From NCBI GenBank assembly GCA_045601885.1, contig JAZSAN010000005.1:21851-85850 (forward strand): a stretch of 64,000 nt of DNA, read 5' to 3'. Origin of the DNA: Acutalibacteraceae bacterium (GTDB lineage Bacteria > Bacillota > Clostridia > Oscillospirales > Acutalibacteraceae). The translations under genes and the position numbers were made by a program. The notes beneath the pieces were generated by a model that worked only from the letters and a program-made list of their open reading frames with translations, searched no databases and was not told the DNA's origin. Within the stretch, counting starts at the first letter, position 1. Each line of letters starts with the position of its first letter. Positions 14,142 to 24,522 of the stretch are shown one piece after another.

Positions 14142-16113
14142 AACAACTGCAAAAAATAGAATAGAACAGATTAGCGCAGAGCTTAGATATCATAGCATAC
14201 GTTATTATGTTGACGACAATCCCGAAATCGAGGATTTTGAATATGATATGATGATGCGCGAATTGCGTCAGTTAGAAGCTGAGTTTCCGCAGTTTGCAAG
14301 TGAAGATTCTCCAACAAAGAACGTTGGCGGAATTGCGTCTGAACAATTTTCGCAAGTTCGTCACTCGGTACGAATGGAAAGCCTTCTTGACGCCTTTAGT
14401 TTTGAAGAATTATTGGATTTTGATAAAAAAATCACCGATGAGTTTGGAAATATAGTATATTCAGTTGAACCTAAAATTGATGGCCTTTCAGTATCACTTG
14501 AATATAAAAACGGCGTCTTTGTAAAAGGCTCAACACGTGGTGACGGCGATGTTGGCGAAAACGTTACCGCAAACCTTATGACCATTAAAAACATACCTAA
14601 AAAGATACCATTTTCAGGCGATTTAGAGGTCAGAGGTGAGGTTTATATGCCTCATGACAGCTTCTTGAAACTTGTTGAAAAACAAGAAAATTTAGGCGAA
14701 AAGGTTGCCAAAAATCCGCGTAATGCTGCTGCGGGCTCACTGCGTCAGAAAAATCCTAAAATCACTGCCGAGCGTGAGCTTGATATTTTCGTATTTAACA
14801 TCCAAAAAATTAGCGAAAATGCGCCAAAATCTCACATAGAATCTCTTGATTTTCTAAAATCACTCGGTTTTAATGTATTGCCGAGCTATAAACTATGCAA
14901 CGGCATTAGCGAAGCAATTAACGAAATCAAAAAAATTGGCGAAAATAGGGGAGAGCTCTTATTTGATATTGACGGTGCGGTAATAAAGGTTGATAACATT
15001 TCAATCAGAAACAGCATCGGCAGTACATCAAAATATCCAAAATGGGCTATTGCATATAAATATCCGCCCGAAGAGAAAGAAACTGTTCTTAATAATATTT
15101 CTATTAATGTTGGCAGAACGGGTGTTTTGACACCTACGGCAGAATTTAAACCGATACAGCTTGCCGGAACTACGGTCAGCCGTGCCGTTTTGCATAACGA
15201 GGATTTTATTGCTGAAAAAGGCATTTGCATTGGCGATACCATTATTGTCAGAAAAGCCGGAGACATAATTCCTGAGGTTGTTGCCGTGTCATCACACAGC
15301 GAAAATTCCGTGCCGTTTTCGATGCCGAAATTTTGTCCTTCGTGCGGTGCTGCAGTCAGCCGCGACGCCGATGAAGCCGCAGTTCGTTGCACTAACACTA
15401 ACTGTCCTGCACAGCTTCTGCGACATCTCATTCACTTTTCTTCAAGGGATGCAATGGATATTGAAGGATTGGGACCTGCAGTTCTTAAGTTGTTACTTGA
15501 TAACAAGCTAATTGCCTCAACACTTGATTTATACAGTCTCAAAAAATCAGATATAAACACCCTTGAAGGCTTTGGCGATAAATCTGCCGATAATTTGATA
15601 TCTAATATTGAAAAGTCGAAAACAAACGATTTTTATCGTTTTATATATGCTTTAGGTATCAGGCATATTGGAAACAAAGCGGCAAAATTACTTGTTTCAA
15701 GATTTAATAACATAGATTCTATAATGAATGCAACCGCTGCTGATATTGAGGAAATTGACGGATTTGGCAGCGTTATGGCCGAGAGTGTCGTTGAATATAT
15801 GTCACTGCCGCAAACGCGTGAAATGCTTGAAAAATTCCGCACTTTAGGGCTTAATTTGTCTTCAGAAAACTCCGAAAATCAAGATAGTCGCTTTATGGGA
15901 AAAACTTTTGTTTTAACGGGTTCGCTCGAAAAATTCACACGTAACGAAGCATCAGAAATAATAGAAAAGCTTGGGGGAAAGACCTCTTCCAGCGTTTCAA
16001 AAAATACTGATTTTGTTCTTGCGGGCGAAAATGCAGGCAGTAAGCTTAACAAGGCAAATGCCTTGAATATTAAGGTAATCAGCGAAGATGAGTTTTTGGA
16101 TTTAATTAAATAA
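14134..16113 (+). CDS. ligA: NAD-dependent DNA ligase LigA (host)
   Basis: It has an Ia domain (KNRIEQISAELRYHSIRYYVDDNPEIEDFEYD), KIDG adenylation motif, Cys4 Zn finger, HhH and BRCT. The start at 14134 overlaps the end of yunB. Confidence 0.95.
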   Translation: MNETTAKNRIEQISAELRYHSIRYYVDDNPEIEDFEYDMMMRELRQLEAEFPQFASEDSPTKNVGGIASEQFSQVRHSVRMESLLDAFSFEELLDFDKKITDEFGNIVYSVEPKIDGLSVSLEYKNGVFVKGSTRGDGDVGENVTANLMTIKNIPKKIPFSGDLEVRGEVYMPHDSFLKLVEKQENLGEKVAKNPRNAAAGSLRQKNPKITAERELDIFVFNIQKISENAPKSHIESLDFLKSLGFNVLPSYKLCNGISEAINEIKKIGENRGELLFDIDGAVIKVDNISIRNSIGSTSKYPKWAIAYKYPPEEKETVLNNISINVGRTGVLTPTAEFKPIQLAGTTVSRAVLHNEDFIAEKGICIGDTIIVRKAGDIIPEVVAVSSHSENSVPFSMPKFCPSCGAAVSRDADEAAVRCTNTNCPAQLLRHLIHFSSRDAMDIEGLGPAVLKLLLDNKLIASTLDLYSLKKSDINTLEGFGDKSADNLISNIEKSKTNDFYRFIYALGIRHIGNKAAKLLVSRFNNIDSIMNATAADIEEIDGFGSVMAESVVEYMSLPQTREMLEKFRTLGLNLSSENSENQDSRFMGKTFVLTGSLEKFTRNEASEIIEKLGGKTSSSVSKNTDFVLAGENAGSKLNKANALNIKVISEDEFLDLIK

Positions 16114-16367
16114 ACGGTTTATAAGGGAAAAGCTATACTTTGTTAAAATAATAACAAAGCATAGCTTTATTTTTGTTTTATATTCATATATAAATGCATA
16201 CAGGGATTATAGCGCAATATATGATTCATAAATTATGAGCTTTTCTCGGGAAAACATCCATAAAAACAATAAAACAAATTCCTTTAAAAAAATTTGATTA
16301 TTTTAAGGCTTAAACTATATATAGTAACAAAAATTATTTAAATTCAGAAATTTAGCGGCAAAATATA

Positions 16368-16460
16368 TTTAAATGAAAAAATTTTGTCTTTTAATTTTTT
16401 TCGCTGAATACCTAGGGTATGGAAAATAAATTTCTATTCGATAAAATTTTTTCATTTAAA
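16368..16460. repeat. Perfect 18-bp inverted repeat flanking 57 bp, inside a roughly 570-bp non-coding AT-rich gap
   Basis: TTTAAATGAAAAAATTTT (16368-16385) pairs with AAAATTTTTTCATTTAAA (16443-16460). Confidence 0.6.
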
Positions 16461-16682
16461 TTAATTTATAAGAGAACAAATAATAATTTGGATTTTAAAA
16501 TTAGAGCATTTTATTAAATTTAAAATAAAGCATATAAAAAAGGCAAAAAGCCGACCTAAACACCATAATATTAGTTTAAATCCCGATTTTGCCTATTTTT
16601 GCTTCCCCGAATTATACAAAATATTCATTTTGTATAATTAAATCAAATTTTCACAGGGTGTTTTCCCTGAAAAAGCTTTATA

Positions 16683-17324
16683 TCATTTTTTATCAATTAT
16701 GCTTTGGACATCTGATTTAAATAATTCCCATTCGTCTTCGTTCTCTACAAAATATAGCGGACACAGCTTTTCCGTTATATCATAATGTCTTATAACATCC
16801 TTTGCATCAAGCTTGCAAGTTTTACAAAGCCATGCGGTTAATTCTTTTAGCGATTTTAAAGTAACGTCATAAAATTTTCCCGACTTATCAGGATGACACA
16901 CTTCAATAGAAATTGTATCTTTATTTCTCCAGTTGCTTGCCGAAGAGCGCTCGTAAAGCGGAATGCACTGTATCACTTCCCCATCGAGTCCCACAACAAA
17001 GTGCGAATTAACCTCGGTGCCGCTTGAAGCAAAGTAATCATGATTTTGCTGCGCGGTTGTATTTGGATTCCCAACATAATGAATAACGATATTTTTAACA
17101 TCACTCAATTCGATAGCACTGCGCGAGTGTAATAAACCCTTTGGTATGTACTGAACATCCACATACTCCGGCACCGCGGTATTATAAAGCTTCTCGACAA
17201 CAGACACTCTATTGGCATTTATATGCATAAATATTCCGAAAACAACAAGTAAAAATGCAAAAATCAATATAAAATAGCGTCTTTTGGCTTTGTTTCTCCT
17301 TGTTTTTTTCAAGCAAATCACCAC
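16683..17324 (-). CDS. N-acetylmuramoyl-L-alanine amidase (Amidase_2/PGRP fold), membrane anchored
   Basis: N-terminal TM segment, then IVIHYVGNPNTTAQQNHDYF...SIEVCHPD...RHYDITEKLCP. Confidence 0.85.
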   Translation of the reverse strand: MVICLKKTRRNKAKRRYFILIFAFLLVVFGIFMHINANRVSVVEKLYNTAVPEYVDVQYIPKGLLHSRSAIELSDVKNIVIHYVGNPNTTAQQNHDYFASSGTEVNSHFVVGLDGEVIQCIPLYERSSASNWRNKDTISIEVCHPDKSGKFYDVTLKSLKELTAWLCKTCKLDAKDVIRHYDITEKLCPLYFVENEDEWELFKSDVQSIIDKK

Positions 17325-17379
17325 CTATAATAAATATATCATAGTAAATATAAAAAGTCGAGCATTGCTCGACTTTTTA

Positions 17380-18405
17380 TTATAAATCACTTATGAGTTT
17401 ATCAACACTTTCTTCGCTTGTTGCCCAGCTTGTGCAAAAACGAACGGCTGTATGTTCATCATCAACCTTTCCCCAAACGGAAAAAGCATAATCTTTTGAA
17501 AGCCGCTCAAGCGTAACATTTGACATTATCGGAAACTGCTGATTTGTATAAGAATCATAGCGCAATTTGTAGCCCTTTGCAATGAATGCATCTCTTAGCT
17601 TCATCGCCAAGCGGTCAGCTTCCTTTGCGAGTTCAAAATACATTCCATTTTCAAGCATAACACAGTATTGCAGACCTAAAAGTCTTCCCTTTGCCAACAT
17701 TCCGCCATGCTGTTTTATCATATATCTAAAATCTTTATTAATAAAATCATTGGTAATAACAAGCGCTTCACCAAAAAGTAAGCCCTGCTTGGTACCGCCG
17801 AGATAAAAGACATCACAAAGCTCTGCTAAATCAGAAATTGTGACATCATTTTTCTCACTCATAAGACCGTAGCCGAGACGCGCACCATCCAAAAACAAAG
17901 GCAAACTATATTCCCTGCACACATTATGTATATCTGTAAGCTCCTGCTTTGAATAAAGTGTGCCGTTTTCGGTAGGAAATGATATATAAACCATTCCGGG
18001 CTGTACCTCATGTTCGTGGGTCGAATTATTATAGTGCTCTTCTACGAGTTCTTTTATCTCCTTTGCAGAGATTTTTCCGTCGTCTGAAGGTATTGTGAGC
18101 ACCTTGTGGCCGCTAGCTTCAATTGTTCCGGATTCGTGAACTGCAATATGGCCGGTTGAGGCACTGATAACCCCTTGATAAGGGCGAAGTGTTGCTGCAA
18201 TAACGGTAGAATTTGTCTGTGTTCCGCCCACCAAAAAATGAACGTTTACGTCTTCCCTGCCACACAGTTTCTTTATGTAATTTCTAGCTGTTTCGCAATA
18301 ATCATCAACACCGTAGCCAACGGTTTGTTCATAATTTGTTTCTATTAATTTTTGTAGTATTGAAGGATGTGCTCCTTCAGCATAATCACATTCAAATCTA
18401 ATCAT
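17380..18405 (-). CDS. ltaE: Low-specificity L-threonine aldolase (PLP enzyme)
   Basis: Beta-eliminating-lyase pattern: DYAEGAHP, VGGTQTN, GGTKQG. Confidence 0.8.
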   Translation of the reverse strand: MIRFECDYAEGAHPSILQKLIETNYEQTVGYGVDDYCETARNYIKKLCGREDVNVHFLVGGTQTNSTVIAATLRPYQGVISASTGHIAVHESGTIEASGHKVLTIPSDDGKISAKEIKELVEEHYNNSTHEHEVQPGMVYISFPTENGTLYSKQELTDIHNVCREYSLPLFLDGARLGYGLMSEKNDVTISDLAELCDVFYLGGTKQGLLFGEALVITNDFINKDFRYMIKQHGGMLAKGRLLGLQYCVMLENGMYFELAKEADRLAMKLRDAFIAKGYKLRYDSYTNQQFPIMSNVTLERLSKDYAFSVWGKVDDEHTAVRFCTSWATSEESVDKLISDL

Positions 18406-18413
18406 ATGTACCT

Positions 18414-19304
18414 CTATTTAGCCATCGGATGAAAACGACTGTATGAACGCGCATACTTGTTCTTCATCAATTGTGCATACACCTGTGTTGTTGAAATGTC
18501 GGAATGACCTAGCATTTCCTTTATATCTTGCAACTGTGCGCCATTTTCAAGCAAATGCGCCGCAAAGGAATGACGAAGCGTATGCGGTGTTATATCCTTA
18601 TTTATCTTTGCGGATTCTGCATACTGTTTAATAATCTTCCAGAAGCCTTGTCTTGTCAATGGTTGTCCATTCATATTCGTAAACAACATCTCTTCATTAC
18701 GGTCATTAACAAGAACTTCACGAACACCAATTAAGTAGTTATTAATTGCCTTTACAGCATCGGGATAAATTGGAATAATTCTCTGACTTGTATCAGTATG
18801 GAGATGCAAAATTCCAATCTGAAGATTAACATCACTTACCTTAAGGTCGATAATTTCCGAAACCTTAATTCCCGTAGCATATAAAAGTTCAAGCATCGCC
18901 TTATCTCTGCATCCCTTATAGTTTGAACAATCGGGCTGAGATAAAAGCAGCATAACCTCTTTATTTGAGAGAATTTCAGGCAGCTTTTTTTGTTTTACTG
19001 TGGTGTTTTTAACCGAACTGACAGGGTTATCTGTTATAACATCAATATTACACAAATATGTAAAGAATGAGCGCAAAGAAGCCATTATACGAGCTATTGT
19101 AGAATCAGATTTTCCGAGTGAGCGCACAAATTTTAAATAACGGTATATTGTATCGGTATCAATGTCATTTGCAGAATGTATATTATTTGCAGAACAATAT
19201 GCGAAAAACTGCCCGATGTCGCGCATATACGACTCAAGCGTGTTTTTAGAGGATTTTTTTTCATTTTTAAGATATTTTTCAAATCTTAAAATCAAGTCCT
19301 GCAT
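18414..19304 (-). CDS. xerD: Tyrosine recombinase XerD
   Basis: TLESYMRDI..., HTLRHSFAAHLLENGAQLQDIKEMLGHSDISTTQVYAQL. Confidence 0.85.
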   Translation of the reverse strand: MQDLILRFEKYLKNEKKSSKNTLESYMRDIGQFFAYCSANNIHSANDIDTDTIYRYLKFVRSLGKSDSTIARIMASLRSFFTYLCNIDVITDNPVSSVKNTTVKQKKLPEILSNKEVMLLLSQPDCSNYKGCRDKAMLELLYATGIKVSEIIDLKVSDVNLQIGILHLHTDTSQRIIPIYPDAVKAINNYLIGVREVLVNDRNEEMLFTNMNGQPLTRQGFWKIIKQYAESAKINKDITPHTLRHSFAAHLLENGAQLQDIKEMLGHSDISTTQVYAQLMKNKYARSYSRFHPMAK

Positions 19305-19318
19305 TTAAAACGTTCCTT

Positions 19319-19954
19319 TTATGTTAATTTAACCATTGTTCCAAACGATGTGTAAAACAATGCATTAATAAGAGCTGATAATATCGTTATTAATAGCAAT
19401 AAAACAAATTTTTTGCAATATCTTGCGAGATGTGGATACATATTACCTGCCATCTTAGGCATAGGCATAAGTTGTTTTGCAAGGCATAGTGAAAAACCAA
19501 ATGAGTTTTTACCGGTAAAAAACAATCCAAAAGCGGCAATCAATGTAGACGGAATTATGAAAATTAATGAATAAATTATTCCATTAAAGAAATAATTAGT
19601 GTACAAAAATCCCGCAACAATTCCATAGCAATACCCTTTATACGCAATAATCAAGGGTGAAACAGCCATTCCTACCGCAGACGTTCCGCTAATAAAAATC
19701 CCTAACATAAACGGCAACCATTCAAAAAACGAAGAAAAAAACTTGTTCATAAATTTATCGTCCGCATTAAAAACATAGTTTTTTTCAAACAGTTGTGCCG
19801 CAAAATCTGCCGTATTTCCGTTTTGTTCAAAAAGAAGCACTCCCAATACAATACCAATAATATATACCGTGTACATAATAAAGAATGCATACCCTTCACG
19901 TAACACATCAAACAGGTTTTTTGAGCTAAAAATTAGTACTTTTGATTTTTGCAT
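19319..19954 (-). CDS. spoIIM: Stage II sporulation protein M-like polytopic membrane protein
   Basis: It is multi-TM, about 210 aa, and adjacent to xerD as in Bacillus. Confidence 0.55.
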   Translation of the reverse strand: MQKSKVLIFSSKNLFDVLREGYAFFIMYTVYIIGIVLGVLLFEQNGNTADFAAQLFEKNYVFNADDKFMNKFFSSFFEWLPFMLGIFISGTSAVGMAVSPLIIAYKGYCYGIVAGFLYTNYFFNGIIYSLIFIIPSTLIAAFGLFFTGKNSFGFSLCLAKQLMPMPKMAGNMYPHLARYCKKFVLLLLITILSALINALFYTSFGTMVKLT

Positions 19955-20063
19955 ATCTTGTCCCTCCGTTCATAAAAATATATGAACAAAAGAAAAAAAT
20001 AATGCAAAACAATATGTAGTTACTATGTATTTTTTACTCACTATATGTTGTGATTTAAAAGAT

Positions 20064-20250
20064 ATTATGTAACCTTATATACTGCGCAGAAAAAATAGAG
20101 GCAATATTTAACAAATAAAAAAAGCCCCGTAATAATAGTTATACAACATTTAAGGTATTATGTCAACATAATATTTTGAGTTTTTAAAATATTATGTAAA
20201 CTTATTATGTAAACCACATTATATTGAGACAACACGACTTTATGTAAACC
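20064..20250. repeat. Five copies of ATTATGTAAAC-like motif in the spoIIM/SDR intergenic region
   Basis: Copies lie at 20064-20074, 20158-20168 (inside the palindrome TATTATGTCAACATAATA), 20191-20201, 20205-20216 and 20239-20250. Confidence 0.6.
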
Positions 20251-20333
20251 ATACATTGTGTTATAAATTTTTATTTCAAAAAAATATTTAAATTAATTTA
20301 AATTGATGTTATAATGGTTTGGGTGATTAATAT

Positions 20334-21068
20334 ATGAACAAAACCGTTTTAATAACGGGCGCTTCAAAAGGGATAGGCGCCGCAACCGCAATTTTATTTG
20401 CTCAGAATGGTTATAACGTTGTAATAAACTATAACTCCTCAGTTGAATCTGCTATACTTCTTGAAAAATCACTTAACGAAAACGGCTTCTCTGCCCTATC
20501 GTATATGGCTGATGTTTCAAAATCAAACGATGTTAATCGTATGGTAAATGATGTTATAGCAAAGTTTGGCAAAATCGATGTTTTAATCAATAACGCAGGT
20601 ATTGCACAGCAAAAGCTCTTTACCGATATAACCGACGAGGATTGGAACAGAATGATTTCCACTAATCTGACAGGCACTTTTAACTGTTGCCGCGCTGTTA
20701 TACCCGGAATGGTTTCTAGAAAGTGCGGTTGTATAATCAACACATCTTCCATATGGGGAATGGTTGGTGCTTCTTGCGAGGCACATTACTCTGCGGTAAA
20801 AGCAGGTATAATCGGTTTAACCAAAGCCCTTGCAAAAGAGCTTGGTCCTTCGGGAATCAGGGTTAACTGCGTTGCACCCGGCGTTATTAACACGAGAATG
20901 AATTCTAACTTATCTGTTAAGGATTTAGAAGGTCTTGCAGACGACACACCTCTTGGAAGGCTTGGCAGCACAAATGAAGTAGCTTCCACTTCCCTCTTCT
21001 TAGCATCAAACTCTGCAGAATTCATCACAGGTCAAGTAATCAGCCCAAACGGCGGATTTGTAATATGA
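20334..21068 (+). CDS. SDR-family oxidoreductase (FabG-like 3-oxoacyl-ACP reductase)
   Basis: TGASKGIG, NNAGI, S...YSAVKAG catalytic pattern. Confidence 0.85.
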   Translation: MNKTVLITGASKGIGAATAILFAQNGYNVVINYNSSVESAILLEKSLNENGFSALSYMADVSKSNDVNRMVNDVIAKFGKIDVLINNAGIAQQKLFTDITDEDWNRMISTNLTGTFNCCRAVIPGMVSRKCGCIINTSSIWGMVGASCEAHYSAVKAGIIGLTKALAKELGPSGIRVNCVAPGVINTRMNSNLSVKDLEGLADDTPLGRLGSTNEVASTSLFLASNSAEFITGQVISPNGGFVI

Positions 21069-21069
21069 A

Positions 21070-21102
21070 AAAACACCTTGCCGAAAAGCAAGGTGTTTTT
21101 AT
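21070..21102. terminator. Bidirectional terminator
   Basis: AAAAACACCTTGC-cgaaaa-GCAAGGTGTTTTT. Confidence 0.7.
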
Positions 21103-21109
21103 TTTAATT

Positions 21110-21298
21110 TTAATGAGCGTTTGAGCTAACATTTCCGTTATTGCCGTCTAACATACTTTCGGTATTATCGACTATACTGGAAACATCTGATGTAACTTTT
21201 GAAGTCATATCATCAGTTTTATTTCCGCCGCAACCCGTGAGTGTTAATATAATGGTAATTGCGGATAAAAACAAAAACAATATTTTTTTCATATGCAT
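21110..21298 (-). CDS. Small lipoprotein (62 aa)
   Basis: Signal peptide with lipobox LTLTGCGG. Confidence 0.5.
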   Translation of the reverse strand: MHMKKILFLFLSAITIILTLTGCGGNKTDDMTSKVTSDVSSIVDNTESMLDGNNGNVSSNAH

Positions 21299-21345
21299 AC
21301 CTCCCTGAAAATAGTATTACAAAAAAGCATACACATATACAAATT

Positions 21346-21789
21346 TTAAATTATTTGTTTTTTCTTTGTATTAACGCCACAAATTCCGCCAATCCCGCCC
21401 GATAAGAGCATAATTGCAGCGTGTAAAAGCGATAATATTCCAAAGGCTTTTCCACCTAAAATAAGTGAAATTATAAAAATTAACGCAAAAAAGCAGCCTG
21501 AGATTGTAAGTCCGTTTATAAGCCCGTTGCATTTTTTGATTTTTGAAGCAATAAACGAACCAAAAAAGCTCCCTATACCTAAGGCAAGCGACGCCAATGT
21601 ACTCACAAAATTTGACTGTGCGTTTGTTATATACATAAAAATAGAAATCAAAATAAGTGAAATTGCCGTGGCAATAAATTCCACAACAAAACCGACAATC
21701 AGATATTTATATTTTGACGATGTTTTGTTTTTTAACAAAATTATCCCCTCCCGATAAATTAATATTCGGGAGGGGACGAGAATATACAA
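21346..21789 (-). CDS. Small polytopic membrane protein (TIGR04086/YrzE-like); start uncertain
   Basis: It has four predicted TM segments and lies upstream of yajC, as is common in Clostridia. Confidence 0.5.
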   Translation of the reverse strand: MYILVPSRILIYREGIILLKNKTSSKYKYLIVGFVVEFIATAISLILISIFMYITNAQSNFVSTLASLALGIGSFFGSFIASKIKKCNGLINGLTISGCFFALIFIISLILGGKAFGILSLLHAAIMLLSGGIGGICGVNTKKKQII

Positions 21790-21799
21790 AATTTATATT

Positions 21800-22135
21800 T
21801 TACTTTGCAACATCATCATGAATGGTAAGATTCTGCTGAATTGCCCACTTTGCAATACGCTGCTTTGAGTGGTCACCCAAAGACTCAATAATCATACTGT
21901 CTTCCTTGACAGACATAACGCGACCATAGATTCCGCCGATGGTGAGTATTTCATCGCCAACCTGGATGTTATTGCGCATTGCTTCTTCCTTCTTCTGCTT
22001 TTTCTTCTGGGGTCTGATAAGAAGAAAATACATTACAGCAAGAATAACGACGATATAAATAATCATAAATAATGAGTTGCCCTTCTGAGCTTCTTGCCCT
22101 GCCGGTGTATCAAGCAATAAGTTAAAATAATTCAT
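21800..22135 (-). CDS. yajC: Preprotein translocase subunit YajC
   Basis: LIRPQKKKQK...VGDEILTIGGIYGRV. Confidence 0.85.
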   Translation of the reverse strand: MNYFNLLLDTPAGQEAQKGNSLFMIIYIVVILAVMYFLLIRPQKKKQKKEEAMRNNIQVGDEILTIGGIYGRVMSVKEDSMIIESLGDHSKQRIAKWAIQQNLTIHDDVAK

Positions 22136-22197
22136 TTTTTTACCTCCAAAATTTTATAATGTTATTATACATTCTTTACCATATTTTTTCAAGTGAA

Positions 22198-23328
22198 TTA
22201 TACTCTTTTTCCATAAAACTGCTCTTTTTCTTTTTTATACTGCTCAAAGCAACCGTTTTGCAGCGCTTCGCGAATTTCCTCCATAAGAGTATTATAAAAA
22301 TGCAAGTTGTGCAATACGAGAAGTCTCTGTGCCAACATTTCCCCACTTTTGAGAAGATGACGAAGATATGCTCTTGAATAACGCTGACAAACCGGACAAT
22401 CACAAACAGGGTCAATCGGCAACATATCATCTTTATATTTTTCGTTATTAAGATTGATTATGCCAAATGTTGTAAAAAGCTGTCCGTGGCGGGCATTTCT
22501 GCTCGGCATTACACAATCAAAAAGGTCAACACCGCGTTCCACACCATTTAATATATTCAACGGTGTTCCGACGCCCATAAGATAACGTGGCTTTTCTTTA
22601 GGCATATACGGCTCAACCGCCTCAATAACGCGGTACATATCCTCAGTAGGCTCGCCGACCGCCAAGCCACCAATTGCATATCCGTCTAAATCAAGTTCAC
22701 GTATTTCCTTCATATGTTCAATGCGCAAATCGTCGAAAGTACAGCCCTGATTTATACCAAAAAGCATTTGTTTTTTGTTAATAGTATCTTCAAGGGAATT
22801 AAGCCTATCCATCTCAGCCTTGCAGCGTATGAGCCATCTCGTTGTTCTTTTGCAGGATTCCTTTGAATAGGAATGCTGTGCAGGGTTTTCAACACACTCA
22901 TCAAAGGCCATAGCGATGGTTGAGCCGAGATTCGACTGAATCTGCATACTCTGTTCGGGTCCCATAAAAATACGCTTGCCGTCAACGTGCGAATTGAATG
23001 TTACGCCCTCTTCTTCAATTTTTCGAAGCGAAGCCAAAGAAAAAACCTGAAATCCGCCACTATCGGTCAGTATTGGTCCATCCCAGGTGGAAAACTTGTG
23101 AAGTCCGCCAACCGATTTTATTAAATCATCTCCAGGTCTCACGTGAAGATGATATGTGTTGCTTAGCATTACCTGACAATGCACTGTGCGTAAATCCTCA
23201 GCCGAAACGGCACCCTTTATGGCAGCACTGGTAGCAACATTCATAAAAGCAGGGGTTGAAACTGTGCCGTGAACCGTCTGAAGCGTACCAAGTCTTGCGT
23301 TTTTTTCTGTTTTTAAAACCTTAAACAT
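22198..23328 (-). CDS. tgt: Queuine tRNA-ribosyltransferase
   Basis: ARLGTLQTVHGTVSTPAFM, DSGGFQV, and the CxCxxC...H Zn site. Confidence 0.95.
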   Translation of the reverse strand: MFKVLKTEKNARLGTLQTVHGTVSTPAFMNVATSAAIKGAVSAEDLRTVHCQVMLSNTYHLHVRPGDDLIKSVGGLHKFSTWDGPILTDSGGFQVFSLASLRKIEEEGVTFNSHVDGKRIFMGPEQSMQIQSNLGSTIAMAFDECVENPAQHSYSKESCKRTTRWLIRCKAEMDRLNSLEDTINKKQMLFGINQGCTFDDLRIEHMKEIRELDLDGYAIGGLAVGEPTEDMYRVIEAVEPYMPKEKPRYLMGVGTPLNILNGVERGVDLFDCVMPSRNARHGQLFTTFGIINLNNEKYKDDMLPIDPVCDCPVCQRYSRAYLRHLLKSGEMLAQRLLVLHNLHFYNTLMEEIREALQNGCFEQYKKEKEQFYGKRV

Positions 23329-23348
23329 AATAACCTCTAAAATATAAT

Positions 23349-24368
23349 TTATGAAATAAACATTGCATCGCCAAACGAGAAAAATCTATACTTTTCTTCG
23401 ACGGCAGTTTTATAAGCGTTCATAGTATTCTCATATCCGGCAAAAGCGGAAACAAGCATTATAAGTGTGCTTTCGGGGAGGTGGAAGTTTGTTATTAAAG
23501 CATCCATACATTTAAACTTATAACCCGGATATATAAAAATGGATGTATCGTCGCTACACTCACAAATTTCACCCTTTTGAGCCGCACTTTCGAGAGTTCT
23601 GCAGGAGGTTGTGCCAACGCAGATTACTCTGCATCCGTTTTTCTTTGTTTGATTAATCAAATCTGCAGTTTCTGCAGGAATATGATAATGCTCTGAATGC
23701 ATTTTGTGGTCGGTTATATTTTCAACCTTCACGGGTCTGAAGGTTCCAAGTCCGACGTGCAATGTGACGAATCCAATATTAATACCTCTGTTTTTTAAGT
23801 CTTCAAGCATTTCGTCGGTAAAATGAAGTCCTGCAGTTGGTGCCGCGGCAGAGCCAAGTTCCTTAGAATAAACAGTTTGATAGCGTTCCTTATCTTCGAG
23901 CCGCTCTGTTATGTAATGCGGCAAGGGCATATTACCTATTTTATCTAAAATTGAATAAAATTCGCCGTCATAAGAAAATTCGATTATTCTGTTTCCGTCA
24001 TCCAAAACATCGGTTACAACTGCTTTAAGCTCATTTGAAAAAACAAATTCGCAGCCGACCTTTGCTTTTTTGCCCGGTCCTGCAATAGTTTCCCAAACGT
24101 CACCGTTTTTGTGTTTTAACAAAACAAACTCAACAACCGCACCTGTATCAACCCTTGTGCCAAAAATACGAGCGGGTAATACACGGGTGTTATTAAGAAT
24201 CAAGCAGTCCCCTGCCTTCAAATAATCGGCAAGATTTGAAAAAACCGAATGTTCAATTTTCCCTGAATTTTTATCAAGAAGCATCAGTCTTGAAGCGTTG
24301 CGCGGCTCGATTGGATGCTGCGCTATAAGTTCTTTTGGTAAATCGTAATAAAAATCGCTCTTTTTCAT
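23349..24368 (-). CDS. queA: S-adenosylmethionine:tRNA ribosyltransferase-isomerase
   Basis: [19 protein letters not shown] is a typical QueA N-terminus. The track's upstream start at 24404 is less likely. Confidence 0.9.
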   Translation of the reverse strand: MKKSDFYYDLPKELIAQHPIEPRNASRLMLLDKNSGKIEHSVFSNLADYLKAGDCLILNNTRVLPARIFGTRVDTGAVVEFVLLKHKNGDVWETIAGPGKKAKVGCEFVFSNELKAVVTDVLDDGNRIIEFSYDGEFYSILDKIGNMPLPHYITERLEDKERYQTVYSKELGSAAAPTAGLHFTDEMLEDLKNRGINIGFVTLHVGLGTFRPVKVENITDHKMHSEHYHIPAETADLINQTKKNGCRVICVGTTSCRTLESAAQKGEICECSDDTSIFIYPGYKFKCMDALITNFHLPESTLIMLVSAFAGYENTMNAYKTAVEEKYRFFSFGDAMFIS

Positions 24369-24413
24369 AGAAAATTTTGTTCTCTCCACTAGTTGTTTTA
24401 GCATAAAATATAT

Positions 24414-24442
24414 TTGACAAATATACTCTGCAATGATAAAAT
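24414..24442 (+). promoter_or_regulatory. Consensus sigma-A promoter of asd-dapA-dapB
   Basis: TTGACA, 17 nt, TAAAAT. Confidence 0.65.
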
Positions 24443-24522
24443 TAAATGAAATATTGATAAATTATATTATATTGCAATTTTCGGTTATATTCAACTGTTT
24501 TTTGCACGAAAGGAAGTTCTTT

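Noticed and set aside
14886-15431. A 181-aa minus-strand ORF lies inside ligA. Similar shadow ORFs include 13511-13888, 24856-25278, 27927-28328, 32854-33252, 43846-44606, 45945-46631 and 47491-47889.
   Set aside because: They lie antisense to, or out of frame within, genes with unambiguous conserved products. They have no SD sequences and show low-complexity or odd composition.
22159-22430. Small ORFs (72 and 84 aa) at the 3' end of tgt and its intergenic region.
   Set aside because: They overlap the tgt coding sequence or its flank, have no SD, and one is antisense to tgt.
24443-24522. A lysine (L-box) riboswitch upstream of asd-dapA-dapB.
   Set aside because: The leader between the -10 and the ATG is only about 80 nt. 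That is far shorter than an L-box, and there is no terminator/antiterminator structure.
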